Shown here: positions 19,059-29,612 of the stretch, one piece after another
Numbering within the stretch: the first letter of the stretch is position 1
Layout: each line of letters starts with the position of its first letter
Source of the DNA: an uncultured Candidatus Saccharibacteria bacterium
GTDB lineage: Bacteria > Patescibacteriota > Saccharimonadia > JAGOAT01 > CAYZIP01
Length of the DNA: 64,000 nt
Assembly: GCA_964478695.1 (NCBI GenBank)
Contig: CAYZIP010000003.1
Location: forward strand, 4,143-68,142
Direction: 5' to 3'
The notes under the pieces: generated by a model
Told to the model about the DNA's origin: nothing
Databases searched by the model: none
Seen by the model: only the letters and a program-made list of their open reading frames with translations
Translations under genes and position numbers: made by a program

Positions 19059-19538
19059 TTGCTGCAAGAGAAAAATAGTATGGCCAAAAGAGAAACTATT
19101 ATTATAGGAGCCGATCACGGAGGATGGGAGCTAAAGAACTTTATAGCCAAAGGCCTGTCTAGAGAATTGGATATTGTTGATGTCAGTAGTCCACACAAAG
19201 ACAAGCATGATGATACTTTACCTATTACTCAGAGGCTAGTCAGGATTTGTTTAAGTGAACAGGTCTTTGGTCTATTAATCTGCACGTCTGGGGTGGGTGT
19301 GGCCATGGAGGCTAATAAATACAAAGGAATTAGGGCAGTATTGGCAGAAGATGAGAGAATTATTAGAATGAGCAGAGAACATAATGATGCTAATGTTTTG
19401 TGCCTGCCTTCTTTTATAGACCCATATTCTGCCCTGCATTTTATAGAATTATTTAAAGAAACTAAGTTTTTGGCCCTGGAGCGCTACATCAGACGCAATC
19501 ATGATCTAGACTCTTTGGGGGAAGAGGTAATTCTATAA
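19059..19538 (+). CDS. rpiB: Ribose-5-phosphate isomerase B. ATG 19080 is the likelier start.
   Basis: IIIGADHGGWELK...LICTSGVGVAMEANKYKGIRA...HNDANVL align to RpiB. Confidence 0.85.
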   Translation: MLQEKNSMAKRETIIIGADHGGWELKNFIAKGLSRELDIVDVSSPHKDKHDDTLPITQRLVRICLSEQVFGLLICTSGVGVAMEANKYKGIRAVLAEDERIIRMSREHNDANVLCLPSFIDPYSALHFIELFKETKFLALERYIRRNHDLDSLGEEVIL

Positions 19539-20201
19539 ATGTCAGAACAATCATTCATTGTTCCAGCTATACTAACTGATAATATTACAGACTTTAAGGT
19601 GCGTTTGAGTATAGCAAAGCATTTGCTAAAACATTCATTATCGAAACGTTTGCAGATAGATATTGTGACTGATGATTATGGTCCACCTTCGGTGACCCCC
19701 GAGCAGATATATGCTAGCTGTGGAAATATTCACCAAGATTTTAGCGTGGATTGGCATTTGATGGTGTCTGATATTGATAAATATTATCAACAAATCATAG
19801 GGGCTAACCTAATCATTATAGAGTACGATACAAATATTAGCTTGCCTGCTTGGCTTCATTATAAACAGATGATTCCAAATCTGGGCTTAGCTTTTGACCT
19901 CGATATTAATGTTGATCAGATTAGTCCATTTGCCGATCATGCAAATCATATTTTAGTATTGGCCAACAAGGCTGGCAGGTCTGGCCAAAGAGTTCTACTG
20001 GAACCAACCATGGCCAAGGTCAGGATACTAAGGCGGATGTATCCAGACAAAGAGATTGGCTGGGATATTGGAGTCAGTGACTCTAATATTAAAAACATTT
20101 TTGCTAGCGGAGTAAATGTAGCTAATGTTAGTAGCTATATCTTTAATAGCAGCGATCCAGAGATGTCTTGGGATAGATTGCATCGGGCTACTCTGATTTA
20201 A
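19539..20201 (+). CDS. Divergent ribulose-phosphate 3-epimerase-like protein.
   Basis: DWHLMV matches DVHLMV. LVLANKAGRSGQ matches LMSVNPGFGGQ. GWDIGV matches EVDGGV. The first catalytic His appears replaced (QIDIVTDD). Confidence 0.5.
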   Translation: MSEQSFIVPAILTDNITDFKVRLSIAKHLLKHSLSKRLQIDIVTDDYGPPSVTPEQIYASCGNIHQDFSVDWHLMVSDIDKYYQQIIGANLIIIEYDTNISLPAWLHYKQMIPNLGLAFDLDINVDQISPFADHANHILVLANKAGRSGQRVLLEPTMAKVRILRRMYPDKEIGWDIGVSDSNIKNIFASGVNVANVSSYIFNSSDPEMSWDRLHRATLI

Positions 20202-20298
20202 AGATAGTTATATTCCATTTTATAGTTACTATGACGGCCATATCTTTATATGTTAAAATAACTATAAGAAGTATTAATAAAAGAGTAAGAAAAATAAA

Positions 20299-21156
20299 AT
20301 GTTAGCGCAAGATATAGCTAAAAAAGCTCATAATATTAGACTCTCTATTATAGAGATGTTACTAGCAGCTGGCAGTGGACATACTGCTGGTCCACTAGAT
20401 ATGGCTGATATCTTTGCTACTTTATACTTTAATATATTAAATATTTCACCTAAAGATCCCCAAAATGCTGAACGTGACATCTTAATATTGTCCAATGGGC
20501 ATATTGCCCCCGTGCTTTATGCTACTTTAGCCGAAGCCAAATTTTTCCCTAAAAAAGAATTAAAGACATTGCGTCAATTCGGCTCAAGATTGCAGGGGCA
20601 TCCTGAAAGAGGCTTCTTGCCAGGCATAGAAAATACCAGTGGACCTTTAGGCTCTGGTCTTAGCCAAGCCTGTGGTATGGCTTTAGCCATGAAAATGAGA
20701 GCTCAAAGACATAGACATGTTTTTTGCTTGATGGGTGATGGAGAGCAAAATGAAGGTAATATTTGGGAGGCCGTCATGTTGGCTAGTAAATACAAATTAT
20801 CTAATTTAATAGCTATTATTGATCGAAATAATATTCAAATAGATGGCCCTACAGAAAAAGTGATGCCATTAGATTCTCTGACCTTAAAATACCAAGCCTT
20901 TGGTTGGCATGTGATAGAAATAGACGGACATAATATTACTGACATTATAGATGCTTGTAATCTAGCTAAAAATATAGTGGAAAGACCAGTAGTGATAATA
21001 GCCCATACTATTGCTGGTAAAGGAGTTGATTTTATAGAGTATGACTACCGTTGGCATGGCTATGATCCTGTATCTAATAACAGCAAACAGGACTATAATA
21101 GAGCCTTGGCTGAACTGCGTACTCTCAGAGGAAAAATAAGGAGCGAACATGAGTAG
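20299..21156 (+). CDS. Transketolase, N-terminal (TPP-binding) subunit.
   Basis: GHTAGPLDMADIF and GDGEQNEGNIWEA. It overlaps the next gene through ATGA. Confidence 0.9.
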   Translation: MLAQDIAKKAHNIRLSIIEMLLAAGSGHTAGPLDMADIFATLYFNILNISPKDPQNAERDILILSNGHIAPVLYATLAEAKFFPKKELKTLRQFGSRLQGHPERGFLPGIENTSGPLGSGLSQACGMALAMKMRAQRHRHVFCLMGDGEQNEGNIWEAVMLASKYKLSNLIAIIDRNNIQIDGPTEKVMPLDSLTLKYQAFGWHVIEIDGHNITDIIDACNLAKNIVERPVVIIAHTIAGKGVDFIEYDYRWHGYDPVSNNSKQDYNRALAELRTLRGKIRSEHE

Positions 21157-22132
21157 TGTCAGTATTAGCAGCAAGGTTTTTAGTAAAGATGTTGAATTAA
21201 GGGCGACCAGAGAAGGATTTGGTAGTGCTTTGCTAGATCTAGGTACTAATGACGATAGTATTGTAGCTTTGTGTGCTGATTTAACAGAATCTACTCAGAT
21301 GCATCACTTTAAAAACACTTTTCCAGAACGTTTTTTTGAAATTGGAATAGCCGAACAAAATCTGGTGACTGTTGCTTCTGGTCTGGCTCATCAAGGATTA
21401 ATTCCTTTTTGTGCTAGCTATGCTGCTTTCTCTCCTGGAAGAAATTGGGAACAAATTCGTACTACTATATGTTTAAATAATCAGCCTGTAAAAATAGTAG
21501 GAGCTCATGCTGGACTGTCTGTGGGTCCAGATGGGGCTACTCATCAAATGCTAGAAGACATTGCTTTGATGCGTTGTTTACCCAATATAGATGTGGTGGT
21601 ACCGATAGATTATTTCGAAGCCAAAAAAGCCACTATGGCTATTGCTCATAGTGGCAAGCCAGCATATCTGCGATTAACTAGAGAAAAATCTGCTGTTATT
21701 ACTACAGATAAGACTATATTTATCATTGGTAAGGCCAATATCATCAGCAGTGGTTCTGATATTACCATTATTGCTCAAGGCCCCATTACTTATAATGTTT
21801 TAATGGCTACCAAAAAACTAAAAGATAAAAATATCTCTGTAGATTTAATTAACTTACACACAGTAAAGCCTCTGGACAACTTAGCCATACTATCTAGTGC
21901 TCACAAGACCAAGCTAGTAATCACAGTAGAAGAAGGTCAGATCAATGGAGGTATGGGTTCGGCTGTGGCAGAGCTATTGTCAGAAAAATTACCAACTAAA
22001 GTATATAGACTAGGAGTGAATGATCGTTTTGGCCAAAGTGGCACTGTTGATAATCTGTATCATGAATATGGTTTGAGTAGTCGTAAGCTGTATGATCAAA
22101 TACTAAATATATATAATATGGAGAAAAAATGA
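21149..22132 (+). CDS. Transketolase, C-terminal (pyrimidine-binding) subunit.
   Basis: FEIGIAEQN, GPDGATHQ.LEDIA and LRLTRE are transketolase C-terminal motifs. Confidence 0.9.
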   Translation: MSSVSISSKVFSKDVELRATREGFGSALLDLGTNDDSIVALCADLTESTQMHHFKNTFPERFFEIGIAEQNLVTVASGLAHQGLIPFCASYAAFSPGRNWEQIRTTICLNNQPVKIVGAHAGLSVGPDGATHQMLEDIALMRCLPNIDVVVPIDYFEAKKATMAIAHSGKPAYLRLTREKSAVITTDKTIFIIGKANIISSGSDITIIAQGPITYNVLMATKKLKDKNISVDLINLHTVKPLDNLAILSSAHKTKLVITVEEGQINGGMGSAVAELLSEKLPTKVYRLGVNDRFGQSGTVDNLYHEYGLSSRKLYDQILNIYNMEKK

Positions 22133-23148
22133 AAGAACATAAATATGATGTTTTGGCCATAGGAGATATAGTAAGTGAGCCTTTTATTAAAATTGGTGAT
22201 AATTATGCCATAGCTGACTTTGACCAAAAGGCAGAAAAGAGAACCTTGACCATAGAGTATGGAACTAAAATACCTATAGAAGAAGTACATCATATAGTGG
22301 GAGTGGGGAATTCTGCTAATGCTGCTGTTGCCTGCAGCAGGCTGGGTCTTTCTGTGGGCATGATCACAGACATAGGAGCTGATAGCGCTGGAATGCAGAT
22401 TATAAATCACCTGATCAAAGAAGAGATTGGGGTAGAATTTGTGAAAGTACATCCAGATTATGCTACAAATCAGCATTATGTATTGTGGTACAAAGATGAT
22501 CGCACTATTTTAGTCAAACACGAAAACTATCCATATAAGATGCCAAAAATAGATGTAAGCAGTGTCCCTAAATGGATTTATTTATCTTCTTTTTCTAATA
22601 ATGGCTTTAATATGCATAGTGAGATAGTTGATTTTATGAAGCAATATCCTGAAGTTAAGCTCACATTCCAGCCAGGTAGTTATCAAATGATGGCAGGTTT
22701 CGAACAGCTGGCTCAGCTATATAGCAGAACCACTTTTTTTGTTGTAAATAAAGAAGAAGCAGCCACGATGACAGGCTTGCATGCTAGTAGTATCAAAGAA
22801 ATGATGGCTATTTTATTATCCAAAGGGCCCAAGTATGTTTCTATTACCGATGGTCCTAATGGAGCCTATTTTGGTAGCCGTGATGACAGAGATAAGGTCT
22901 ATTATTTACCAATATATCCAGACATTATGCCTCCCATAGAAAGAACTGGTTGCGGTGATAGTTTTGCAGCTACTATTACAGCAGCTATGGCTGCTGGGCT
23001 GAGTTTTGAAGATGCTCTGTATTGGGGTCCTATTAATTCTATGATGGTAGTACAAAAGATAGGGGCTCAGGCGGGACTAATGAGCAGGGCTGAGCTATTG
23101 GCTTATCTTGGCAAAGCTCCTGAACAATACCGCTTAACTTTGATATAA
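22129..23148 (+). CDS. PfkB-family (ribokinase-like) sugar kinase.
   Basis: GVGNSANAAVACSRLG is the N-terminal GG motif. TGCGDSFAA is the C-terminal anion-hole motif. Confidence 0.8.
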   Translation: MKEHKYDVLAIGDIVSEPFIKIGDNYAIADFDQKAEKRTLTIEYGTKIPIEEVHHIVGVGNSANAAVACSRLGLSVGMITDIGADSAGMQIINHLIKEEIGVEFVKVHPDYATNQHYVLWYKDDRTILVKHENYPYKMPKIDVSSVPKWIYLSSFSNNGFNMHSEIVDFMKQYPEVKLTFQPGSYQMMAGFEQLAQLYSRTTFFVVNKEEAATMTGLHASSIKEMMAILLSKGPKYVSITDGPNGAYFGSRDDRDKVYYLPIYPDIMPPIERTGCGDSFAATITAAMAAGLSFEDALYWGPINSMMVVQKIGAQAGLMSRAELLAYLGKAPEQYRLTLI

Positions 23149-23182
23149 TTATATAAAAAGCACATAACTAGAAGGAGATAAT

Positions 23183-23455
23183 ATGTCTGTTGGATTAGAT
23201 ACTAGCACTACTAATAATAATAAAAAAGAGGTAATTATATATACCTCAGATACTTGTCACTATTGCCATGAGGCCAAGCATTTCTTCGAAGAAAATAATA
23301 TAGAGTATACAGAAAAGAATGCCAGTCAAAACCCAGATTATGCTAGAGAATTAGTAGAGAAGACTGAACAAATGGCTGTACCAGTTATATATGTAGGAGA
23401 ACAAATGATATTAGGTTTTAATCAAAATGCTCTCAAGCAAGCCCTGGGGCTCTGA
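23183..23455 (+). CDS. Glutaredoxin-like protein (CHYC).
   Basis: VIIYTSDTCHYCHEAKHFF. Confidence 0.8.
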   Translation: MSVGLDTSTTNNNKKEVIIYTSDTCHYCHEAKHFFEENNIEYTEKNASQNPDYARELVEKTEQMAVPVIYVGEQMILGFNQNALKQALGL

Positions 23456-23697
23456 TTCTTAAAAAAGAATAAAAGTCAAGAATTGTTTATTAATAAGTAG
23501 AAAAGATATAATTTATATTAGTCACGGGGGTGAATAGTTAGGTTGTACTACTATTTTAAATTTTTTAATGTTTATCTTAGTAGGCTCATATCTACTTTAT
23601 CAATACTTTAAATCGGGCACGCTGCCAGGATCAAAAAAGCGGGCAGGGCCAACTCCCTCAAAAACAAACAAAACAGTCTTTGCTTACTAATGAGAAT

Positions 23698-23732
23698 ATT
23701 GACAATTACATAAAGAATATGTAAATATTGTA
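23698..23732 (+). promoter_or_regulatory. Sigma70-like promoter: TTGACA, 17 nt, TAAATA.
   Basis: ttgacaattacataaagaatatgtaaata. It lies upstream of a structured leader and the 23928 gene. Confidence 0.35.
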
Positions 23733-23927
23733 GTCATCTGGGGCATATATAACCATGCTCTAGGGGAAATTGACAAGTAGTTATAGTGTTTAAAAAAACA
23801 AGATGAGACGTAAGTGCACTTCAAGTGCTTTTACCCCTCATCTTGTGTCTTAAAAATAGACGCTTTATCGACAAAGGTCGAAGCCATCCGGGCTGATGTG
23901 GCGCATTCTTTCTTGAAAGGAAAGAAA

Positions 23928-24443
23928 ATGAGCTTTCAATATTTGGGCGATGACTACCTTACTGCAGTACAGCAGGCTTCTGATGCCAGTACTGCCGCTA
24001 GTAGATGGTGGGCATTTACTATCTTGCATTGTAGCATAGATAGTGCCCCAGGGAATGAACCCTACGACCAACTGGCCAAAGCCGTAACATCGGCTTTCGG
24101 TAATCATGATAGCCGAAACAAAGGAGTCCTAGACACCTTCGCAGAAAATCTCAAGGTCTTTGCAGAAAATCTCACCAAGAAGATTGGTAATATGCTACTG
24201 GAAGGTGACTGTGTCGATGTTTTCATTAATGTGGGCCATGACGGTCCCTGTGATATGCTAGCAAAAGCAGCCAAAGAGGCTGGGCTTAATGTTCCTAACG
24301 GTGGCTGGCCTTTGAAAATGTACATGATGGTCAACTCGGAAATCGTTGCTGTCAGTGTGCGTCGTACAGGGCCATTTGAATCAGTTTGGTCTCCTCTTGA
24401 CAAGGCAGTTCTCCTCAATAGGGAGCGATATGGCTATTCGTAA
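23928..24443 (+). CDS. Hypothetical protein in a GC-anomalous gene. The ORF opens at 23814, but ATG 23928 has an AGGAAAG RBS.
   Basis: The sequence is visibly richer in G+C than its flanks. No motif I recognise. Confidence 0.4.
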   Translation: MSFQYLGDDYLTAVQQASDASTAASRWWAFTILHCSIDSAPGNEPYDQLAKAVTSAFGNHDSRNKGVLDTFAENLKVFAENLTKKIGNMLLEGDCVDVFINVGHDGPCDMLAKAAKEAGLNVPNGGWPLKMYMMVNSEIVAVSVRRTGPFESVWSPLDKAVLLNRERYGYS

Positions 24444-24549
24444 ACTATTCTCTACTTGTTCACTGTCGCTCTGTGAATTTATAGTCACACTGATGAGTCC
24501 TAAAGAGGACGAAAGCATGACATATACCCCTATCACTTAAGATATAATA

Positions 24550-26559
24550 ATGATGATGAAAGATGATAGATTTACATTAGTATCTGATTATGCCCCCAGC
24601 GGAGATCAGCCTCAGGCCATATCTAGCCTATTAAAAGGTATTCATGCTGGGCACAAACAACAGACATTATTAGGGGTAACTGGTTCCGGCAAAACCTTTA
24701 CTATGGCTAATATTATTAAAGAAATTAATAAGCCTACACTTATCCTCTCTCCAAACAAAACTTTAGCAGCACAGTTATATGGGGAGTTTAAAAACTTTTT
24801 CCCTCATAATGCCGTCCATTACTTTGTCAGCTATTTTGATTATTATCAGCCAGAAGCATATATTCCTCAAAGAGATATCTATATAGAAAAAGATTCTAAT
24901 ATCAATGAAGAAATAGATAAAATGCGCTTAGCTGCCACGGCTAGTTTACTGACTCGTAAAGATGTCATCATAGTAGCCTCGGTCAGCTGTATTTATGGCA
25001 TAGGTTCTGTAGAGAATTTTGATAATCTTAGCTTAATTATTAATACTGGTGATGTATATAAAAGAGACAGGCTACTAAGACAGTTAACAGATATACAGTA
25101 CAGCAGAAAAGATAGTGAGCCTAGTCGAGGGAACTTTAGGGTCAGAGGAGAGTCCTTAGAAATATATCTTGCTTCAGACGAAATCATGTATAAAGTTATA
25201 TTTGATGGAGACAAAGTAGATTTTATTTTAAAATGTCATCCTATCACTGGTAAAAAAATAGATGAAGTTAGCAGTATACAAATATTCCCTGCCAAGCATT
25301 TTGTGACCCCAACTGAACAGATCAAAGTGGCTGTGGAAAAGATAAATCAAGAACTAGAAACTAGGCTTAATTTTTTAGAAAGCCAAGATAGGCTAGTGGA
25401 AGCTACTAGGCTCAGAAGTAGGGTTGGTTATGATATGGAAATGCTGCTAGAGTCTGGATTCGTGAAAGGTATAGAGAATTATTCTCGTTATCTTACAAAC
25501 CGCGAACCTGGAGAGCAGCCAGCTACTTTGCTAGATTATTTCTCGGATGATAGCTTATTCTTTATAGACGAGAGTCATATTTCTTTGCCTCAAGTGCGAG
25601 GCATGTACTTTGGTGATAGAGCTAGAAAAGAAGTTTTAGTAGAGTATGGCTTTAGGCTTCCTAGCGCCTTGGATAATAGACCATTGACCTATGAAGAATT
25701 TTGGCGCCATTTGCCCAGTACTATCTTTGTTTCGGCCACTCCAGGTACAGAAGAGAAAAATAAATCATTAGCCGTAGTAGAGCAGATCATTCGTCCAACA
25801 GGACTACTAGATCCATTGATAGAAGTGCGTCCTATAGATGGACAGGTGGATGATATCATCGCAGAGATCAATAAAAGAACTGAAAAACAAGAAAGAGTTT
25901 TGATTACTACTTTAACCAAGAGATTGTCTGAAGATCTTACTAATTATCTTAAAAATATAGGGATTAAGGTGGCTTATTTGCATTCGGATATAGATACATT
26001 AGAACGGACCGAGATCTTAAGAGATTTACGATTAGGTAAATATGATGTATTGATCGGAATTAATTTATTACGAGAAGGCTTAGATTTGCCTGAAGTCAGC
26101 TTGGTGGCTATATTTGATGCTGATAAAGAAGGATTTTTGCGTAGTGAGACTAGCTTGGTACAAACCATTGGTAGAGGGGCCAGGCATCAGAACGGTACTG
26201 TGATTATGTATGCTGACCGCATTACAGATTCAATGAAAGCGGCTATAGATAAGACAAATGAACGTCGAGAACTACAGACTAGGTATAATCAAGAGCACGG
26301 CATTACTCCCATGACCGTCATTAGAAAAGTAGAAGAAGCCATGAATACAGAGAAAAAAGCTAAAAATAGTATTATTGATATTGATCAGATTAAACCAGAA
26401 GACTTTGGTGGCTTAAATACCGATGCTTTAAAAAGACTGATTAAAGAATATAAGATAGAGATGGAGTTTTTGGCTGAAAGCTGGCAATTTGAACAAGCGG
26501 CATTGCTGCGTGATCGAATTGCTGACATAGAATCCATGATTAAATTGAGAAAAGTATAG
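24550..26559 (+). CDS. uvrB: Excinuclease ABC subunit B.
   Basis: GVTGSGKTF, helicase motifs and a C-terminal UVR domain. Confidence 0.97.
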   Translation: MMMKDDRFTLVSDYAPSGDQPQAISSLLKGIHAGHKQQTLLGVTGSGKTFTMANIIKEINKPTLILSPNKTLAAQLYGEFKNFFPHNAVHYFVSYFDYYQPEAYIPQRDIYIEKDSNINEEIDKMRLAATASLLTRKDVIIVASVSCIYGIGSVENFDNLSLIINTGDVYKRDRLLRQLTDIQYSRKDSEPSRGNFRVRGESLEIYLASDEIMYKVIFDGDKVDFILKCHPITGKKIDEVSSIQIFPAKHFVTPTEQIKVAVEKINQELETRLNFLESQDRLVEATRLRSRVGYDMEMLLESGFVKGIENYSRYLTNREPGEQPATLLDYFSDDSLFFIDESHISLPQVRGMYFGDRARKEVLVEYGFRLPSALDNRPLTYEEFWRHLPSTIFVSATPGTEEKNKSLAVVEQIIRPTGLLDPLIEVRPIDGQVDDIIAEINKRTEKQERVLITTLTKRLSEDLTNYLKNIGIKVAYLHSDIDTLERTEILRDLRLGKYDVLIGINLLREGLDLPEVSLVAIFDADKEGFLRSETSLVQTIGRGARHQNGTVIMYADRITDSMKAAIDKTNERRELQTRYNQEHGITPMTVIRKVEEAMNTEKKAKNSIIDIDQIKPEDFGGLNTDALKRLIKEYKIEMEFLAESWQFEQAALLRDRIADIESMIKLRKV

Positions 26560-26759
26560 ATATAGTAGCCATACTGTATGGGTATTATATTCTTAATTAT
26601 AGACAGGTATTACTTGTAAGCTTTAAAACATAAACAGCATTATCAAGATTGGCTATTTATTAATCCAAATTTTATCTGCCTTTTGAGCTACCCTAATTTA
26701 GGGTGGTGACATATTATTCTAAAGACAGCTATATTTTAAAAATGTTATCATAATATATT

Positions 26760-29585
26760 ATGTCTAAAGATATTCCTGTTGAACAAAATCAGCTCATTAT
26801 CAAAGGGGCCAGAGAGCACAATTTAAAAAACATTGATCTTATTTTGCCTCGTAATAAAATGATTTGTATTACTGGGCTGTCTGGATCCGGCAAGTCTACT
26901 CTAGCTTTTGATACTATTTATGCCGAAGGTCAGAGGCGCTATGTGGAAAGTCTCAGCTCTTATGCTAGGCAATTCTTGGGGCTAATGGAAAAGCCTGATC
27001 TGGATTATATAGAAGGATTAAGCCCCGCTATATCTATAGATCAAAAATCTACTTCTCGTAATCCACGTTCTACAGTAGCCACTGTAACTGAAATATATGA
27101 TTACTTAAGATTACTATTTGCCCGTATAGGCAAGATATATGACCATGAAACTGGACAGGAACTGATTCGTATGAGTCCTTCAGAAATAATAGAATCTATT
27201 TATGATCAGTATTTAGATCAAGAAATAGTAGTGATAGCTCGTATTATTGACAATAAAAAAGGTGAGCATAAACAGATACTAAACGAGATACAAAGAGCTG
27301 GCTATGTGCGTATGCGTATTGATGGCGAAGTAATGCTAGCTGATAGCGATGTTGTTTTAGATAAAAATGTTAAGCATAGCATAGATGCTTTGATTGATAA
27401 GGTGCTGGTGCATGCCGACAATAAACAGCGCCTAGCCGAGTCTGTCGAGGCTGCCCTTAAGCTATCATCTGGTCGTCTTTCAGTACTCTTAAATAATGGG
27501 CAAGAAAAGTATTTCAATGAAAATTATGCCACTAAAGACGGTAAGCCTAGTGGTTTTGATTTTGGCAAAATAGAACCAAGGCATTTTTCTTTTAATGCTC
27601 CCCAAGGAGCTTGTCCACAATGTACTGGCCTTGGGTACATTAATGAAATAGATGAAGGCCTCATATTAGCTAGCCCCAAACTATCTATCGACGAGGGGGT
27701 TATTCGGCCTTGGTCTCGTAATGTCAGTACAAATAGCTGGTTTATAGAGCTTTTAAAGTCTGTAGGAGAAAAGTACGGTTTTACAGTTAGCCAAAGCATA
27801 TTGTCTATGAGCAAAGAGCAAGTACATATGATACTTTATGGGATAGAAGAGAAGGTTCCTGTCAGCTCTAAGTCTGGAAAAATATATATGGGACACTATG
27901 AAGGGGTTATACCAAATCTAAAACGTCGTTTTATAGAAACAGATTCAGACTTTATTCGTTCTGAGATATCTAAATATATGTCTCAAAAGACCTGTGATCA
28001 TTGTCTAGGTAAGAGATTAAGGCCAGAGATCTTGGCCATTAAAATAGCTGATTATTCTATTATTGATCTAGTAAGTCAGACGGTACAGGAAGCTAAAAAT
28101 ATATTTGATAATTTAGAACTCAATACCAATGAAGCCTTGATTGCTAAACAAATATTACAAGAAATTAATAATAGATTAGGGTTTTTAATAGCAGTTGGGC
28201 TTAATTATCTTACCCTAGATAGAGCTGCTAATACATTGGCTGGAGGAGAGGCTCAGCGCATACGCCTGGCTACACAAATTGGCTCTGGATTAACTGGTGT
28301 GTTATATGTTTTAGATGAGCCTTCAATTGGATTACATCAGAGAGATAATGATAAGCTTATTGCTACCTTACAGGAGTTGAAGAATAAAGGTAATACAGTC
28401 ATAGTAGTTGAACATGACGAAGATACCATCAGAGCATCAGATTGGGTGGTGGATATAGGCCCAGGAGCTGGAGAACATGGTGGAGAAGTGGTGTATAGTG
28501 GAATATCCTCAGGGTTAGCTAAGTCCAAAGGGCTAACAGCAGACTATATCAGTGGCCGTAAGACCATTAATGTCCCAGCTAAACGTAGATCTGGTAATGG
28601 CAAGAAATTATCTATTATTGGGGCAAGTGAGAATAATTTAAAGAATATTAATGTTGATATCCCCTTAAATACTTTAACGGTAGTTAGTGGAGTGTCTGGA
28701 TCTGGTAAATCTACCTTGGTGAATGGAATTTTATCGGCCAGCTTGCTCCGATATTATCACATGAGTAGTGTTGCCGTAGGACAACATAAAGAGATTAAGG
28801 GGATTGAAAATCTTAATAAAGCCATAGTGATAGATCAAGCCCCTATTGGCCGAACTCCTCGCTCTAATCCAGTCACATATACCGGTGCTTTTACTCAGAT
28901 TAGGGAATTATTTGCTAGCACCAATGAGGCAAAGATAAGGGGATATAATGCCGGTCGTTTTTCCTTTAATGTTCGTGGAGGACGATGTGAGGCTTGTAAG
29001 GGGGATGGAATGATTAAAATTGAAATGCATTTCTTGCCAGATGTTTTTGTGGAATGTGAAGTCTGTATGGGGAAAAGATATAATCAACAAGCTTTAGAAA
29101 TATTCTATAAAGGCAAGACTATATCTGAAGTACTAGATATGACTGTAGAGGATGCCAATAAGTTTTTCTTGGCAATACCAAACCTATCCAAAAAGTTACA
29201 AACCTTAGAGAGAGTAGGGTTAGGGTATATTAGATTAGGGCAATCGGCTACCACTCTTTCAGGAGGAGAGGCTCAGCGTATTAAACTAGCCACAGAGCTA
29301 GCCAGACAAGCAACAGGCAAGACTATATATATCTTAGATGAACCTACTACTGGACTACATTTTGAAGATGTCTCCAAACTACTACATGTCTTACAAGAGC
29401 TAGTAGATGTAGGCAATAGTGTCTTGGTAATAGAACATAATCTTGACATCATTAAAGCAGCAGATTATATCATAGATATGGGCCCAGAAGGTGGTGCAGG
29501 TGGAGGGCAAGTGGTAGCCACTGGAACCCCAGAACAAATCGCTAATAATAAAAATTCAATAACTGGTAAATATCTGAAACTTTAA
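26760..29585 (+). CDS. uvrA: Excinuclease ABC subunit A.
   Basis: Two ABC cassettes (GLSGSGKSTL and GVSGSGKSTL), zinc-finger Cys clusters and LSGGEAQRI twice. Confidence 0.97.
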   Translation: MSKDIPVEQNQLIIKGAREHNLKNIDLILPRNKMICITGLSGSGKSTLAFDTIYAEGQRRYVESLSSYARQFLGLMEKPDLDYIEGLSPAISIDQKSTSRNPRSTVATVTEIYDYLRLLFARIGKIYDHETGQELIRMSPSEIIESIYDQYLDQEIVVIARIIDNKKGEHKQILNEIQRAGYVRMRIDGEVMLADSDVVLDKNVKHSIDALIDKVLVHADNKQRLAESVEAALKLSSGRLSVLLNNGQEKYFNENYATKDGKPSGFDFGKIEPRHFSFNAPQGACPQCTGLGYINEIDEGLILASPKLSIDEGVIRPWSRNVSTNSWFIELLKSVGEKYGFTVSQSILSMSKEQVHMILYGIEEKVPVSSKSGKIYMGHYEGVIPNLKRRFIETDSDFIRSEISKYMSQKTCDHCLGKRLRPEILAIKIADYSIIDLVSQTVQEAKNIFDNLELNTNEALIAKQILQEINNRLGFLIAVGLNYLTLDRAANTLAGGEAQRIRLATQIGSGLTGVLYVLDEPSIGLHQRDNDKLIATLQELKNKGNTVIVVEHDEDTIRASDWVVDIGPGAGEHGGEVVYSGISSGLAKSKGLTADYISGRKTINVPAKRRSGNGKKLSIIGASENNLKNINVDIPLNTLTVVSGVSGSGKSTLVNGILSASLLRYYHMSSVAVGQHKEIKGIENLNKAIVIDQAPIGRTPRSNPVTYTGAFTQIRELFASTNEAKIRGYNAGRFSFNVRGGRCEACKGDGMIKIEMHFLPDVFVECEVCMGKRYNQQALEIFYKGKTISEVLDMTVEDANKFFLAIPNLSKKLQTLERVGLGYIRLGQSATTLSGGEAQRIKLATELARQATGKTIYILDEPTTGLHFEDVSKLLHVLQELVDVGNSVLVIEHNLDIIKAADYIIDMGPEGGAGGGQVVATGTPEQIANNKNSITGKYLKL

Positions 29586-29612
29586 GGTTTTTTGTGATTC
29601 AATGACAATAGT

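Noticed and set aside
23814-23927. An upstream extension of the GC-anomalous gene, MHFKCFYPSSCVLKIDALSTKVEAIRADVAHSFLKGKK.
   Set aside because: The extension covers a hairpin-forming leader and lacks an RBS. ATG 23928 has AGGAAAG at the right spacing.
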